This document shows, piece after piece, positions 9,528-19,620 of a stretch of 48,560 nt of DNA. Source of the stretch: a virus (taxonomy: Duplodnaviria; Caudoviricetes); IMG/VR virus record IMGVR_UViG_3300037483_001129, positions 1-48,560 of that record, one strand, 5' to 3'. Under the pieces are notes generated by a model, which saw only the letters and a list, made by a program, of their open reading frames with translations, was not told where the DNA came from and did no database searches. Position 1 is the first letter of the stretch, and the number at the start of each line of letters is the position of its first letter. Both the position numbers and the translations under genes were made by a program.

Positions 9528-10325
9528 GCTTTAACACGAGAACAAAGCATAGCCCAATATGGAACTGAATCGTATACAGGCTGGGGTGAAACCGAGGCTA
9601 AGTATGATGCTCGTGCTCATCCAGAAAAATTAAATACATATAATGCTAGTTCAAGTTCTGGTGGTGGCAATGTTCAAACACCAGAAGAGTACGCAAAAGC
9701 TCTTTTAGAAGCAACAGCTAAACAAAGAGAGGCAGAAAGCCAATATTTAACAAAAGCTTATTCTGACAATCCTTTCGTATTTGACGAAGAAGCTGCAAGA
9801 AAAGCCTCAACTGGAGATTATGCAGATTATTACAAAACGCTGTTAAATGATTACCTGTCGGGAGTTGAGCTTAAAAGGCAAAACATACAAGACGAACAAA
9901 AGCTTTTAACCACGCTACGTAATTATGATATTAATGCCAAAACCAGAGCAGCAGATTATGCAATAGAAAATTCACAAAAGGGTTATGCTGGTCAAGGATT
10001 GTTCTTTTCTGGAATAAACGAAAGAGCAACAGGCAGATTGGGAATTGAAACAAAAGTTAATATAGGTCGAGCAGAAGCAGGTTATTCCAGCCAGGGTGCT
10101 AACCTTGGAAGGCAGGAACAAACTCTTGGCCTTGAGGAAAAGGTAAATAGAAATCAAATCCAGCAAGAACAACAAGCAAATATTGAAAGTGGAATTAATC
10201 AAAGATATAAAGAACAATTTGGACAATACCAATATGGAATAGAACAAGGTTATCAAAGACAGTTCCCAAGTGGTCAATTAAGTGCAAGTAATTATTTACC
10301 ATCAGAATATTTAAGGGCTTACTAA
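9525..10325 (+). CDS. Putative internal virion / DNA ejection protein
   Basis: Q/A/G/Y-rich, coiled-coil-like; first of four tightly packed genes after the tail genes. Confidence 0.5.
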   Translation: MALTREQSIAQYGTESYTGWGETEAKYDARAHPEKLNTYNASSSSGGGNVQTPEEYAKALLEATAKQREAESQYLTKAYSDNPFVFDEEAARKASTGDYADYYKTLLNDYLSGVELKRQNIQDEQKLLTTLRNYDINAKTRAADYAIENSQKGYAGQGLFFSGINERATGRLGIETKVNIGRAEAGYSSQGANLGRQEQTLGLEEKVNRNQIQQEQQANIESGINQRYKEQFGQYQYGIEQGYQRQFPSGQLSASNYLPSEYLRAY

Positions 10326-10326
10326 C

Positions 10327-11121
10327 ATGGCAGACAATTTAACGTATCAACTACCACCTGAAGTAACACAAGCAAAGGAAGCTTCCCAGAAGTTAACTAA
10401 TGTTGCACAGCAATATGGTTCGTATTCTGAACCTTCAGTATCGGAGTCTTTAAGAAAAGCTGTAACTGATGCGTATTCTCAAAACCAGGATATTATTGGT
10501 CCTTTGGACACTGCAACACAAGAATATTTCCAAGCACCTTCAGAAAGTAGACTTAAATATGGAACTCCTGGGTCTGAAAGCTATATTCAAAGTCCCAATT
10601 TAAGGGAGAATTTGATTAGCCAATATGTAGGTAATCAGGCAATTCCAATGCTTTCTCTTGCCAACATTTTGGGAACAAGATTTGGAAGAATATCTGACTT
10701 TATAAATGCAGGACTAGGTGGATGGCAAACAGCTACACAACAGGCACAAAACGCTGCTACCAACGCAAGAACTACTTATGGAGATTTACTAAACGAATAT
10801 CAAAATAAACAGCAATATAACCTGGATTTATATAAAGCTCAACATCCTGCCAGTGGTGGTGGAAGCGACATATCTTCTGGCATATTAGCTTCAATAGTTA
10901 AACTAGTTAAACTGTTAAATCCTGATAATACTACTGAAAATGCTAATAATGGTGAACAAATGCCTACTTACAACCCTGGTGCAGTTAGTGCAATTTCATC
11001 TGGAGGTCAATGGTCATGGGAATGGACACCAACTAACACTAATCCAGGCTGGAAACCATTGAGTGGACAATCAACAAAACCATCAACGTCTTTAGACGAT
11101 TTATTTAATAATAGTTTTTAA
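10327..11121 (+). CDS. Putative internal virion / ejection protein
   Basis: Q/A/S-rich helical composition; position. Confidence 0.5.
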   Translation: MADNLTYQLPPEVTQAKEASQKLTNVAQQYGSYSEPSVSESLRKAVTDAYSQNQDIIGPLDTATQEYFQAPSESRLKYGTPGSESYIQSPNLRENLISQYVGNQAIPMLSLANILGTRFGRISDFINAGLGGWQTATQQAQNAATNARTTYGDLLNEYQNKQQYNLDLYKAQHPASGGGSDISSGILASIVKLVKLLNPDNTTENANNGEQMPTYNPGAVSAISSGGQWSWEWTPTNTNPGWKPLSGQSTKPSTSLDDLFNNSF

Positions 11122-11122
11122 T

Positions 11123-11788
11123 ATGGCATTATCATTTGAAGAGGCAAACAAAGCATTAGGACAGACTTATGCATCACCAAATGTACAAAACAACGTACAG
11201 CCTTATCTGCCTAATACACAGCAAGTACCGCAATACGATACTTCACAAGCTGTTCCAAGCACTGGTGGACAAGGAACGGGAAATTTCTTTGGTGGAGATG
11301 TAAGTCCATTACAGCTTCTACTTGGGATGGGGCTTTTAGGACAAAACAAATTATCTCAGGCTTATTCGGTTTTAAAACCAACACCTGTTACAGCAGCACA
11401 ACAAAAGCTTAAAGTTCAAAAAGCACAGGCATCCCAAATGGATAATGCTCTTAATTCAATGTATAAAAATTGGGGTAATATTCCAGCAGTACAAAGATTG
11501 CCGATACCATTAATAGGTCATATTGCTCCAGAAAGAGCAAAATATGAATCTGCTAAACAGTTATATAACCAGATGCTTATTTTAATGGTTGAAGATAAAA
11601 GGATTACAGACCAAAACCGCAAATTTTACTTACAAATGTTTCCATCTCTCCTTGATTCACAAAAAGTAGCAAAGATTAAGGTTCAGAATATAAAGTCATT
11701 TGTAAACGACCTTTCGAACATTGAACCTCCCACATCTGGTGGTGGAACAGATATTAACGATTTACAACTTTTACTAGGAGGTCAATAA
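11123..11788 (+). CDS. Putative internal virion / ejection protein
   Basis: Composition and position. Confidence 0.5.
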   Translation: MALSFEEANKALGQTYASPNVQNNVQPYLPNTQQVPQYDTSQAVPSTGGQGTGNFFGGDVSPLQLLLGMGLLGQNKLSQAYSVLKPTPVTAAQQKLKVQKAQASQMDNALNSMYKNWGNIPAVQRLPIPLIGHIAPERAKYESAKQLYNQMLILMVEDKRITDQNRKFYLQMFPSLLDSQKVAKIKVQNIKSFVNDLSNIEPPTSGGGTDINDLQLLLGGQ

Positions 11789-11789
11789 T

Positions 11790-12701
11790 ATGGCATTTGA
11801 TTTAGAACAATTTAAACAGGTAGCTATACAAAGTGGATATTCTGAAGTTGATATCAATAAATACCTTCAAAAAAAAGCTGAAACAAATAAGGATGCCAAT
11901 TTTGCTCTTGAGGCAGAGAGAGCAAATAAAACTGCTATTGGTAGGTTTTTAGAATCAGGTGTTATTCCAGGTGCGTTTGCTACTGCTGGTAGTATTGGAG
12001 GAGGATTGCTTGGAACTATTCCTGGTGCATTTGCTGGTGGTTTTGGAGGATATGGTGCAGGGAAAGCCGTACAAGATTTAGCTTTAAGAGCCACAGGTAT
12101 AAGGCAAACAACTCCAGAAGTGCAAAACCAAAACCTTGCGGATATGACCAAAGGTGCTCTTGCAACAGGAGGAACTAATGCTGCTACATTAGCTTTGTTA
12201 AAAAGTCTGAATTTTTTAAGAAGTCCTGTAGTAAATACGGGAAAGGCTTTGGAATCGGCCAGAGCTGGAACTACGGCTGCTCCAGAAACAGCAGAAAACA
12301 TAATGACAAATGTTAAAAATAGCAATGTTTATAAATACGCTCCACAAGAAACACAACAATCTATAAATGATGCTACATCAAGATTAATTTCAAGAGTAAA
12401 CCCAACACTTGAGGTTGGTGGAGGACAAGTTCCTATTAATGAATATTATCAAGGCTTAAATGCTATGCAGCCAACCACAGGGGCAACTGAATACAATGTT
12501 TTAAACCAAGCTACAAGAGGAGTAATAAATCCGCAGCAAAACCTACAAGCTAAATTCCTATCAAAAGCATATGGAACAGGAGCAAATCTGAATAATAACT
12601 ACTACTTAAAAAGAGGACTTGTAAACTTACCGCTTTATTATTTGGGAACTAGACTTCTAGCTACTCTAGGCAATTTAGCTACCAATCTTGGAAGTCAATA
12701 A
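11790..12701 (+). CDS. Putative ejection protein with glycine-zipper membrane segment
   Basis: GAFATAGSIGGGLLGTIPGAFAGGFGGYGAG hydrophobic glycine zipper. Confidence 0.5.
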   Translation: MAFDLEQFKQVAIQSGYSEVDINKYLQKKAETNKDANFALEAERANKTAIGRFLESGVIPGAFATAGSIGGGLLGTIPGAFAGGFGGYGAGKAVQDLALRATGIRQTTPEVQNQNLADMTKGALATGGTNAATLALLKSLNFLRSPVVNTGKALESARAGTTAAPETAENIMTNVKNSNVYKYAPQETQQSINDATSRLISRVNPTLEVGGGQVPINEYYQGLNAMQPTTGATEYNVLNQATRGVINPQQNLQAKFLSKAYGTGANLNNNYYLKRGLVNLPLYYLGTRLLATLGNLATNLGSQ

Positions 12702-12702
12702 C

Positions 12703-13020
12703 ATGAGAACAAATGATTTGCAAATACATCAGAGAGTATTGTCAGGATTTAGGAATTACTCTCCCTATGTCTTGTGGTTGGTTGGTATTCTTGTTATTTT
12801 CGCTAATTTGTGGGCTTATAGCAAACTTGCTCCTCTTGAGCAAAATATTCAAGTGATGGCTAAACAGCTTAATGTGATGGAACAGCAAGTAAGTAATATA
12901 GAAAATCAACACGATAGTTTTGTTCAAAAAGATACATTTATAGGATTGGTTGAAAGATTAAACCATATAAGTCAAAGGGTAGATTCGATTTATTCAATAG
13001 TAGCAACCAAAGATAAATGA
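12703..13020 (+). CDS. Membrane protein with one TM helix and a coiled coil (lysis-associated)
   Basis: YVLWLVGILVIFANLWAY TM segment; lies directly upstream of the endolysin; ATG at 12703 preferred over the ORF-track start. Confidence 0.55.
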   Translation: MRTNDLQIHQRVLSGFRNYSPYVLWLVGILVIFANLWAYSKLAPLEQNIQVMAKQLNVMEQQVSNIENQHDSFVQKDTFIGLVERLNHISQRVDSIYSIVATKDK

Positions 13021-13664
13021 TATATCCCACGAATCACTTTAAAGAAGATTGGTATTCAGCACAAAAGTTTGGCAATCCTACAAACTATGGATTTCATGAA
13101 GGTGAGGACTTAAACCTTAAAACAGGTGGTGATACAGATTTAGGACAGGAAATTAAGGCTATTGCAAATGGTAGGGTTATTTATTATCACTACTCCAGCC
13201 ATCCCACTACAAACTTTGGAAGACACCTGGTTTATAAAATAGATGGTGGATGGGGAACAAGATGGGTACACTGTGCTCACTTATTAGACCAGGACTTTAC
13301 CAAAGAAGTTAAAGATGTAAGTGAAGGTCAAATAATTGCGAGACTTGGTAAATCAGGTACTCCTTATGCACACTTACATTTTGCAATTTATAAAGTAGAC
13401 CCAGTATCGGTTGGAGGTATAGATAATATTGCCAATACTCAGGAGGAACTAAATAGAGTTTGGGAAGACCCGATAGCTTTCATTGAAAAGTGGATGCAAC
13501 CAGTAGTTCAACCCCAACCAGTAACAGACCAAAGTAAGTATAATTTTGGTGATCCCTGGGGAGAGATTGAATTGCAAAAAGCAAGAAGTATTCTGGTAGA
13601 ACAGAAATCAACCATAGAGGACTTATCTGGTAAGATTGAGAATATTAAACAGATTGTGGGGTGA
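13017..13664 (+). CDS. Endolysin, M23 family metallopeptidase
   Basis: HEGED (HxxxD) and HLH (HxH) zinc motifs; IARLGKSG..AHLHF. Confidence 0.9.
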   Translation: MIYPTNHFKEDWYSAQKFGNPTNYGFHEGEDLNLKTGGDTDLGQEIKAIANGRVIYYHYSSHPTTNFGRHLVYKIDGGWGTRWVHCAHLLDQDFTKEVKDVSEGQIIARLGKSGTPYAHLHFAIYKVDPVSVGGIDNIANTQEELNRVWEDPIAFIEKWMQPVVQPQPVTDQSKYNFGDPWGEIELQKARSILVEQKSTIEDLSGKIENIKQIVG

Positions 13665-13669
13665 TAACT

Positions 13670-13900
13670 ATGAACCTGAAACTAAAGTCTGATGTTTTCC
13701 AAAAATGGTTTTCTAACCAAGTTACGTTTTTAAAACTATTAGCAGCCTTTGTCGGTATTCTTTACTTGGGAACAGTTATACCAAAAGTACAAGAAGATGG
13801 TTTACAGTTGGTTGATTTGGCTATTACAAATACCATGGTTACAGCAGTTTTTCTTTACATAGCAAACGGTATATACGATTATCTTAGAAAGCTTAAATGA
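13670..13900 (+). CDS. Putative holin (2 TM)
   Basis: Two hydrophobic helices, basic C-terminus, directly after the endolysin, GGGGTGA RBS. Confidence 0.6.
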   Translation: MNLKLKSDVFQKWFSNQVTFLKLLAAFVGILYLGTVIPKVQEDGLQLVDLAITNTMVTAVFLYIANGIYDYLRKLK

Positions 13901-14088
13901 CTGAAAGACCACTCTGGACTGATTTAGATGAACTTGAATATCAAGTTTCTTTTGATATGCCTTTATTTGTTGAAGAAAGAAAAGGTTACGATAAACCCAA
14001 ACAACCTACAGAAAGTCCTCCTGTCGGCCAGCCTGTTGAATTGCCACCCAAAACAACCAACCATCCAAATAAAAAACACCCAAGATGA
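13897..14088 (+). CDS. Hypothetical protein
   Basis: ATGA-coupled at both ends. Confidence 0.5.
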   Translation: MTERPLWTDLDELEYQVSFDMPLFVEERKGYDKPKQPTESPPVGQPVELPPKTTNHPNKKHPR

Positions 14089-14291
14089 GAAAAGAAATTC
14101 AAGGAACTTTAGATACAGCAAATTCTTTGGTAATGAAAAAAGAAGCAAAAGACTTAAGGGCTATAACAAACTTTGCAGAGAGTCTTAAACTTGACCCTGC
14201 TGCCTGGAGTAGAGTAATGGATGAAAAACTAAGACTAGACCCAAGAGGAAAATATGATGAAGAAGAAGTTATTATAAGTCGTCTTAAATGA
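14085..14291 (+). CDS. Hypothetical protein
   Basis: ATGA-coupled; last gene of the + strand arm. Confidence 0.55.
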   Translation: MRKEIQGTLDTANSLVMKKEAKDLRAITNFAESLKLDPAAWSRVMDEKLRLDPRGKYDEEEVIISRLK

Positions 14292-14377
14292 AAGAAACTC
14301 GTGTTTTCTCTTCTGTTTTCTTTTTCATATCTCTCTTTGGTAATAAGTTATTTGTTGAGAGTTAGATAATTTTTATT

Positions 14378-14413
14378 CTTGGCTCAACCACACTTCGACA
14401 AGATTGAGCCAAG
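14378..14413. terminator. Inverted repeat at the convergence of the two transcription arms (possible terminator)
   Basis: CTTGGCTCAA-N16-TTGAGCCAAG; no canonical U-tract after the stem. Confidence 0.4.
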
Positions 14414-14420
14414 TAAAAAA

Positions 14421-15407
14421 CTAGTTAAGCCATTCCCACCAACTAAACATAAATGTTTTCGGTTGATAGTCATCCTCAACTACAGCTAACACAACTTCTC
14501 CTCCAGCACATGAATTTGAACTTTGAATTCCAAAGTCATAGTCACCTGTAGGATTCAAGTCATGTATCGTAACTGAAACATACCCGCCCGTAACAGGTAT
14601 ATCTCTCAAGGCGTGTTGCCACCCCTCTGTTCCACTTATCCTGTAATAAATATTGGCGTTTGAGCTACTGGTAAAGAAATTAACAGTCGCATCCGCACCA
14701 TTTCTTATTACATGGACATTGGAAGGTAACACCAAAGGTGTAGTATCCTCACATTGAGGAGCACCGAATGGCCCCTGTGGCTGTTCGGGTTCCCTCGGAG
14801 TTTCCGTTGGAGTTGGAGTAGGAGTTACTTCCTCGTACTCACAAACTTCGATATCCCCAACTTCCTTTTCCTCGTCAAAATCCTCGTCAAAGTTCAAAGC
14901 CTCCTCATCCAAACACACATGGGTCTTTTCCTCTGGTGTTGGAGTCGGACTTGGAACTTCGGTTGGTGTAGGAGTAGGAACCTCTGTAGGAGTTGGGGTT
15001 GGCTGTTCATTGTCAGAACACAAACCAATTAACCAACTTATAGCGTGAGGGTGTTCTGTCCTCCAAACATATATCGCTGTGTCTACATAGTAAAACTCAA
15101 ATCCCTCGTGTGGTAATTCATAAACATCCTGACCATCTCCTGCGTGAACTGATGCAAAATCAAGAGTTTGTCCTTCACTACACTCAACATAAAAAACGGT
15201 TGAGTCTGGGCCAAGAGGATATTCAAATCCAGTTTCATCTTTATTACAAATTGTTGGATTTTCAGAACAATACTGCGACCACTCACTTGCTGTAAATCCA
15301 GAAAGGCTTGCTTCTACATTTTTAGCTGAAACCAAATATCCTACTACTCCTATAAGAGCTAAAACTCCTGTGAAAAGTACACTTAATTTTATAAATCCTT
15401 TATTCAT
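14421..15407 (-). CDS. Secreted or membrane-anchored protein with Pro/Thr linkers and a C-terminal FN3-like domain
   Basis: N-terminal signal/TM; PTPTPTEVPTPTPTEV repeats; VTIHDLNPTGDYDFGIQSSN resembles FN3; GGAGGTGA RBS. Confidence 0.75.
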   Translation of the reverse strand: MNKGFIKLSVLFTGVLALIGVVGYLVSAKNVEASLSGFTASEWSQYCSENPTICNKDETGFEYPLGPDSTVFYVECSEGQTLDFASVHAGDGQDVYELPHEGFEFYYVDTAIYVWRTEHPHAISWLIGLCSDNEQPTPTPTEVPTPTPTEVPSPTPTPEEKTHVCLDEEALNFDEDFDEEKEVGDIEVCEYEEVTPTPTPTETPREPEQPQGPFGAPQCEDTTPLVLPSNVHVIRNGADATVNFFTSSSNANIYYRISGTEGWQHALRDIPVTGGYVSVTIHDLNPTGDYDFGIQSSNSCAGGEVVLAVVEDDYQPKTFMFSWWEWLN

Positions 15408-15539
15408 ATTTACTCACCTCCTTCAGCTTTTTCCTGTTCAAAAACAAAAATAACAGAGAAAAAGCGAAGATAGGTAATAAAATTAAAATTCTTGGTAAAA
15501 GCCAAAATGAATATGGAATGGTGATGTCAATTTCTATTT

Positions 15540-15860
15540 TCATTTGCTGCGTAATAACTCTACAAAATCTTTAAATGGCAATATAACGTAAGCATCTTCA
15601 AATAGCGGTTTAATTAAAGCTGCTGCATATTTCTTGTTACCTTTTTCTGATATTGTCTGATCTATAATTCTTCGTATCATTCTTGATTTATACATCTTGC
15701 CTCCTTTAACCTCAAATGCGAAATTCCCTGTATTTTCTAAATCACGCCCACCAGATTGGGATTGTGTACCAGCATTGCGTCTGATATCAGGAAAGATATC
15801 TCTTAACTGATTGGCAAACATCCTCTCCCATCTTTTACCAGTTTTACGATTATTAGACAT
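15540..15860 (-). CDS. Holliday junction resolvase-like PD-(D/E)XK nuclease (Hjc type)
   Basis: GKRWER...RDL...FEVK motif order. Confidence 0.75.
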   Translation of the reverse strand: MSNNRKTGKRWERMFANQLRDIFPDIRRNAGTQSQSGGRDLENTGNFAFEVKGGKMYKSRMIRRIIDQTISEKGNKKYAAALIKPLFEDAYVILPFKDFVELLRSK

Positions 15861-15870
15861 AGCTCTATTC

Positions 15871-16113
15871 TCACCTAGACTTGTAATGCCATTTTCCTGA
15901 TCCGCCTGGCAGAAATTCTTTCACTATTTCATCAATTTCTTTTTTGGTTATGGCATAGTAGCCCGTGTGGGGTTGCTTACGCATTACCAATCTTCCACGC
16001 CTAATCCAACCCTGCACAGTCTGACGAGCTGAATCGTAGGTGAGAGCCTTGATAATCCCCACATCGTGCAACTTATTTACAAGATATTTAATTGTGTAGT
16101 ATTCGTCAGTCAT
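15871..16113 (-). CDS. Small HTH DNA-binding protein (excisionase/MerR-like)
   Basis: YTIKYLV...RQTVQGWIRRG...ITKKEIDE; ATG at 16113 preferred. Confidence 0.55.
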   Translation of the reverse strand: MTDEYYTIKYLVNKLHDVGIIKALTYDSARQTVQGWIRRGRLVMRKQPHTGYYAITKKEIDEIVKEFLPGGSGKWHYKSR

Positions 16114-16711
16114 CTTTTTTTGCAAACGGGTCGTCTCCCTTAAATAAAGCTGATACATCAATATCTTTCAATCTTTCGTCTACATATGCTTGTATTCCTT
16201 CATCCAATGGTTTGGGAGGTTTAGCCCTGACAGAATAATCTACTGGGTCAGTTTCGTCATCACGATTGACAACCAAGTCGTAGAGCTTTGGGTCTTTTCC
16301 ATAATCCTCATCGTTTAGCCAACCCTCAATTCCTTTTAATACTTTCTTTTGTGTAACTTCCAATACCTCAACTTCTTTTGTATCGTAGTTGTAAATGGGA
16401 AATGCCCAAAAGTAAGCAGGAACTTTTTGCTTACCTGTAAATTTATTGATATCGGCATTTGCCAACTCTTCTTCAGTAAATTCAGGTTTGCTTCCTTTTC
16501 TTCGAACTGGTTTACCTTCTACCCACAATTCCCATCCAATAATAGCCTGACCAACAATCCTTATCCTATTATCCCCAGATTTGAATTTAGTATATAAACT
16601 TTTACCTGCTGGAATTACAGTTTCAGGAGGAATAAAACCCCCCATTTCTTTGTCCAATTCGTTAAGCATAGAATTATCTTCAAAATCATCAATGTCTTTT
16701 TTACCTGTCAT
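16106..16711 (-). CDS. Putative single-stranded DNA-binding protein
   Basis: KFKSGDNRIRIV, FWAFPIYNY, YDLVVNR and an acidic C-terminus (GDDPFAKKDD), typical of phage SSBs. Confidence 0.55.
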   Translation of the reverse strand: MTGKKDIDDFEDNSMLNELDKEMGGFIPPETVIPAGKSLYTKFKSGDNRIRIVGQAIIGWELWVEGKPVRRKGSKPEFTEEELANADINKFTGKQKVPAYFWAFPIYNYDTKEVEVLEVTQKKVLKGIEGWLNDEDYGKDPKLYDLVVNRDDETDPVDYSVRAKPPKPLDEGIQAYVDERLKDIDVSALFKGDDPFAKKDD

Positions 16712-16846
16712 GTTTATCACCCGCCCTTCTATCTAAATTTAACCATTTTTCACCTTCCAGACTAATCCGTTTAATAAAAAACTTGTATTTATCTGGTAGT
16801 GTTTCTAAATTCTTCTTAATCTTTTTATAAAGTTTGGCTTTTCTAT

Positions 16847-17023
16847 TCACATTTCTCCCTTAACTACGGCATCTGCCCAATCATCACCTTTAGCTTGCAT
16901 AATTTCTATTTCACGAATAAACTTATCCCAGGGCAATTGCAGTAAAGTTTCTGCATATTCCTCGTCAATAAATCCTTCTTTTATTCCGTAATTTAAATAT
17001 ACCAATGCGTCATTTAATCTCAT
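16847..17023 (-). CDS. Hypothetical 58-aa protein (MRLNDALVYLNYG...), not in the ORF track
   Basis: ATGA overlap with the stop of 17020..17247. Confidence 0.5.
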   Translation of the reverse strand: MRLNDALVYLNYGIKEGFIDEEYAETLLQLPWDKFIREIEIMQAKGDDWADAVVKGEM

Positions 17024-17247
17024 AATTTTTCAATAATAGGTTTAATCAATTCAAGAAACTTGATAAACTTTTTAAAATCTTCCTTGTAAACCCACAAATA
17101 TTCTGAATTTATATATTTTTCTCTCACTATCCTTAAAAATTGCGGTTTGTCATCATCATAATGAACCAACAAATCGTAATTTTCAAAACTGTATTTTTTC
17201 TCTTTTGTAATTGTTTCTTCTTGCTTCAGACTTTTCATCTTATTCAT
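17020..17247 (-). CDS. Hypothetical protein
   Basis: ORF within the early operon. Confidence 0.55.
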   Translation of the reverse strand: MNKMKSLKQEETITKEKKYSFENYDLLVHYDDDKPQFLRIVREKYINSEYLWVYKEDFKKFIKFLELIKPIIEKL

Positions 17248-17261
17248 TACGGTATATCATA

Positions 17262-17459
17262 CTACATCAGTGAGTGTTTGTCAATAACATCTTCAAAAAC
17301 AGCCATCTGCTCTGCCGTTTTTATTTTATTTATTTGGTTTTTAGCTTCTTTAGATTCCCTTTGAAGCTTCCAATAACGGTTGAGCATAGCAGTTATCCTA
17401 CTGCCACTACTTACCTTCCATTGTTTTAAAATAAACTCTTTTGCTTCTTTTTCTGTCAT
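17262..17459 (-). CDS. Hypothetical protein
   Basis: ORF within the early operon. Confidence 0.55.
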   Translation of the reverse strand: MTEKEAKEFILKQWKVSSGSRITAMLNRYWKLQRESKEAKNQINKIKTAEQMAVFEDVIDKHSLM

Positions 17460-17764
17460 AACACTATTTTAACTGCATAACCCCCCTTCTCCCATGTATC
17501 CCATGTTCTCCTTTTCTACCAGTTCTTTCCTAAGCGGTGCTAATAAGAAAAAATCCTATTAACACCATTCCGCTTGAGGTAAACTTATTAGTTATTCGTA
17601 ATTAATTGGCTCTATTCTAACCATGCCAATGTTGGTCGTACTTAGTGCTTTATTAGTCACAAAACCATTTAAGATGGAAAAGCCAGCCAGTACGGAGTCG
17701 GGTGCATAATAGTGGAAATTTGTTGTGTAGTCCTGTACAATGAAGTTGTTTTATTATTAAAAAC

Positions 17765-17793
17765 ATTATTAATCAACCCGTTTTATTTGTCAA
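17765..17793 (-). promoter_or_regulatory. Sigma70-type promoter TTGACA-N17-AATAAT
   Basis: TGTCAA at 17788-17793 and ATTATT at 17765-17770 on the + strand. Confidence 0.55.
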
Positions 17794-17848
17794 GAGTGAA
17801 ATCTTAGCACAGGTAGGCGGGTTGGTTATTTTTATGGATATTTAAAAA

Positions 17849-17988
17849 CGCAGTTCTGTATTGTTTTAACAGGTACTATGGCTCGCAAATATGGATTGTT
17901 TTAATTGTTGTTTTGGCTCGCAACTCTTTAATGTTTTAATCTCTCATCTGGCTCGCAAATTGTTAGTGTTTTAATTCATGATATGGCT
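17849..17988 (-). ncRNA. TIGR-like dual-spacer array 2 (4 units, 35-nt period)
   Basis: Minus strand reads (TGCG)AGCCA-9nt-TTAAAACA-9nt x4; A/B spacers TATCATGAA/CTAACAATT, GATGAGAGA/TTAAAGAGT, AAACAACAA/ATCCATATT, TAGTACCTG/ATACAGAAC. Confidence 0.9.
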
Positions 17989-18840
17989 ATTTACTGTTTT
18001 GTTTATTCTTCCTGCAAATTTTCTGATTGCCCCTGTAGTCGATCCCAATTGGCTTTTTACTACAGTCAGGTCACTGGTGCTCCATTTTTCTGGTGTTGCA
18101 TTTTTGAGTACAATCTGTAGCTCTATACACCTATTTAAAACTCTGTTTGCATCAAAGCTTTGTTCTCCCATTATTCTTGCCAATTCAATTTCAGCCTTTT
18201 CTGGTTTACTTTTTGCAAGTTGGCTAAATCTTCTAACTGCATTTCTTCCAGTAATTTCTTCTTTTGCGATAGCTTTCTTAACTTTATCTCTGTATTCTTC
18301 AGGAAGGCGGTTTGCTTCGTCAAATGCTGTGAACTTGGAACTGTCTTTAATTATTGCCTCCAAAACATAATCGGGTTCAAACAGTTTTGAAAGATATGTT
18401 CTGATTTTCTTTTCAGAAACTCCCAAATCTTTGGCTAAATCGCTAATGCCTTTATTTTTACCTTGCAACTTCGGGGCAGCAACGAAGTGGCCTTTCATTT
18501 CCAAAAGCTTTTTATATCCTCGTGCTACATCAATTGCATTCATTGGTGTAGAAGTTGAAGCTGACGATTGATGAAGGTTCTCAGCCATTTGTCGCCTGAA
18601 TCTTTCATATTCGCCCTTTACAGATGTATTAATATTAACGGGAACTTCTTTCCATCCAGCTAGTTTTGCAGCACGCCAGCGTTGTTCACCCGTAATTATC
18701 ATGTAATTTCCATCGCATTCAACTGGATTTATCATTCCTTCAACCTTCAAGCTTTCAGCCAGCCCTTGGATATACGACTGGCTGATTACTTTCCGAGGTT
18801 GATTTGGGTCTGGTTTTATCAAATCAATGTCTATTTTCAT
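17971..18840 (-). CDS. parB: ParB/Srx-family CTPase-domain protein with HTH
   Basis: IDLIKPDPNQPRK, GMINPV, IITGEQRWRAA (GxxRxxA), AENL; HTH ISDLAKDLGVSEKKIRTYL. Confidence 0.9.
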   Translation of the reverse strand: MKIDIDLIKPDPNQPRKVISQSYIQGLAESLKVEGMINPVECDGNYMIITGEQRWRAAKLAGWKEVPVNINTSVKGEYERFRRQMAENLHQSSASTSTPMNAIDVARGYKKLLEMKGHFVAAPKLQGKNKGISDLAKDLGVSEKKIRTYLSKLFEPDYVLEAIIKDSSKFTAFDEANRLPEEYRDKVKKAIAKEEITGRNAVRRFSQLAKSKPEKAEIELARIMGEQSFDANRVLNRCIELQIVLKNATPEKWSTSDLTVVKSQLGSTTGAIRKFAGRINKTVNSHIMN

Positions 18841-19259
18841 TTCTTTTCCTCTTCTTCCTCTGGTTTAATAATGTTGGCAAGCAAGATTCTTTCTCTTACA
18901 ATACCATCAGGTAAAATACCCTTTCTCTCAGCGTCATTAGCCAGAATATTGGCATTTGTCAAGTTGCCTTTAACAAATTTATAATATCTTACCATTGCAA
19001 AGGCTGCTTCTTCCATTGTAGTTATTAACCCGTAATTTCCGTTCGGGTCAAGACTGCCAAACCACAGTCCTTCAGTAACTTTGAAGTATTTTTTAATTGA
19101 ATTTATCCATCCTCGTACTTGTTTTTTTGCCAATAAATATTTAAGCGTATCGTTTGGTGTGAAGTAATCTTTGATGATATCCTCAACTGTCAGTTTTTCT
19201 CCATCTAGGAATCTGTTGCGTAAATCTTCAACCATTTCCTTGGATTTTTTTCTATCCAT
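18837..19259 (-). CDS. Hypothetical protein coupled to parB (possible winged helix)
   Basis: ATGA overlap with parB; GGGGTGA RBS. Confidence 0.65.
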   Translation of the reverse strand: MDRKKSKEMVEDLRNRFLDGEKLTVEDIIKDYFTPNDTLKYLLAKKQVRGWINSIKKYFKVTEGLWFGSLDPNGNYGLITTMEEAAFAMVRYYKFVKGNLTNANILANDAERKGILPDGIVRERILLANIIKPEEEEEKK

Positions 19260-19600
19260 TATGTATTCTCACCCCCTTTAAGTAATTCTTCTAAGTTTAA
19301 GAGTGCTCGGTTCTGGAATAAAATTTTGCTTGCAACTATACAAGCGTGGAAGTATAAACAACCCCTGCCCAGTTTGTGTTTTTTTTCTATTCCCGAAAGA
19401 GGAATCTCATTATTGAAGAGATAATCATTCAGTACAGCTTTATCTCTAGTAGTAATCGGCTTGTTAAACCTGTCGATTCTATTTGAAGAATAACGTACGC
19501 TGCTGTTTCTATATTTTTCTATAAGAGCCTCGAACTCTTCATTACCTAATGCTCTCTGTAGAATATTTGCCTGTAAAGTTTTATAATCCTTAGCTTTCAT
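19259..19600 (-). CDS. Hypothetical protein, possibly HTH (LSGIEKKHKLGRGCLY); first gene of the parB operon
   Basis: Directly downstream of a consensus promoter; TAATG coupling to the next gene. Confidence 0.6.
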   Translation of the reverse strand: MKAKDYKTLQANILQRALGNEEFEALIEKYRNSSVRYSSNRIDRFNKPITTRDKAVLNDYLFNNEIPLSGIEKKHKLGRGCLYFHACIVASKILFQNRALLNLEELLKGGENT

Positions 19601-19620
19601 TTATTCATTTAAATTCACTA

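Noticed and set aside
14378-14413. Third TIGR unit (contains TGGCTC/GAGCCA)
   Set aside because: A simple inverted repeat, with no loop repeat or 35-nt periodicity.
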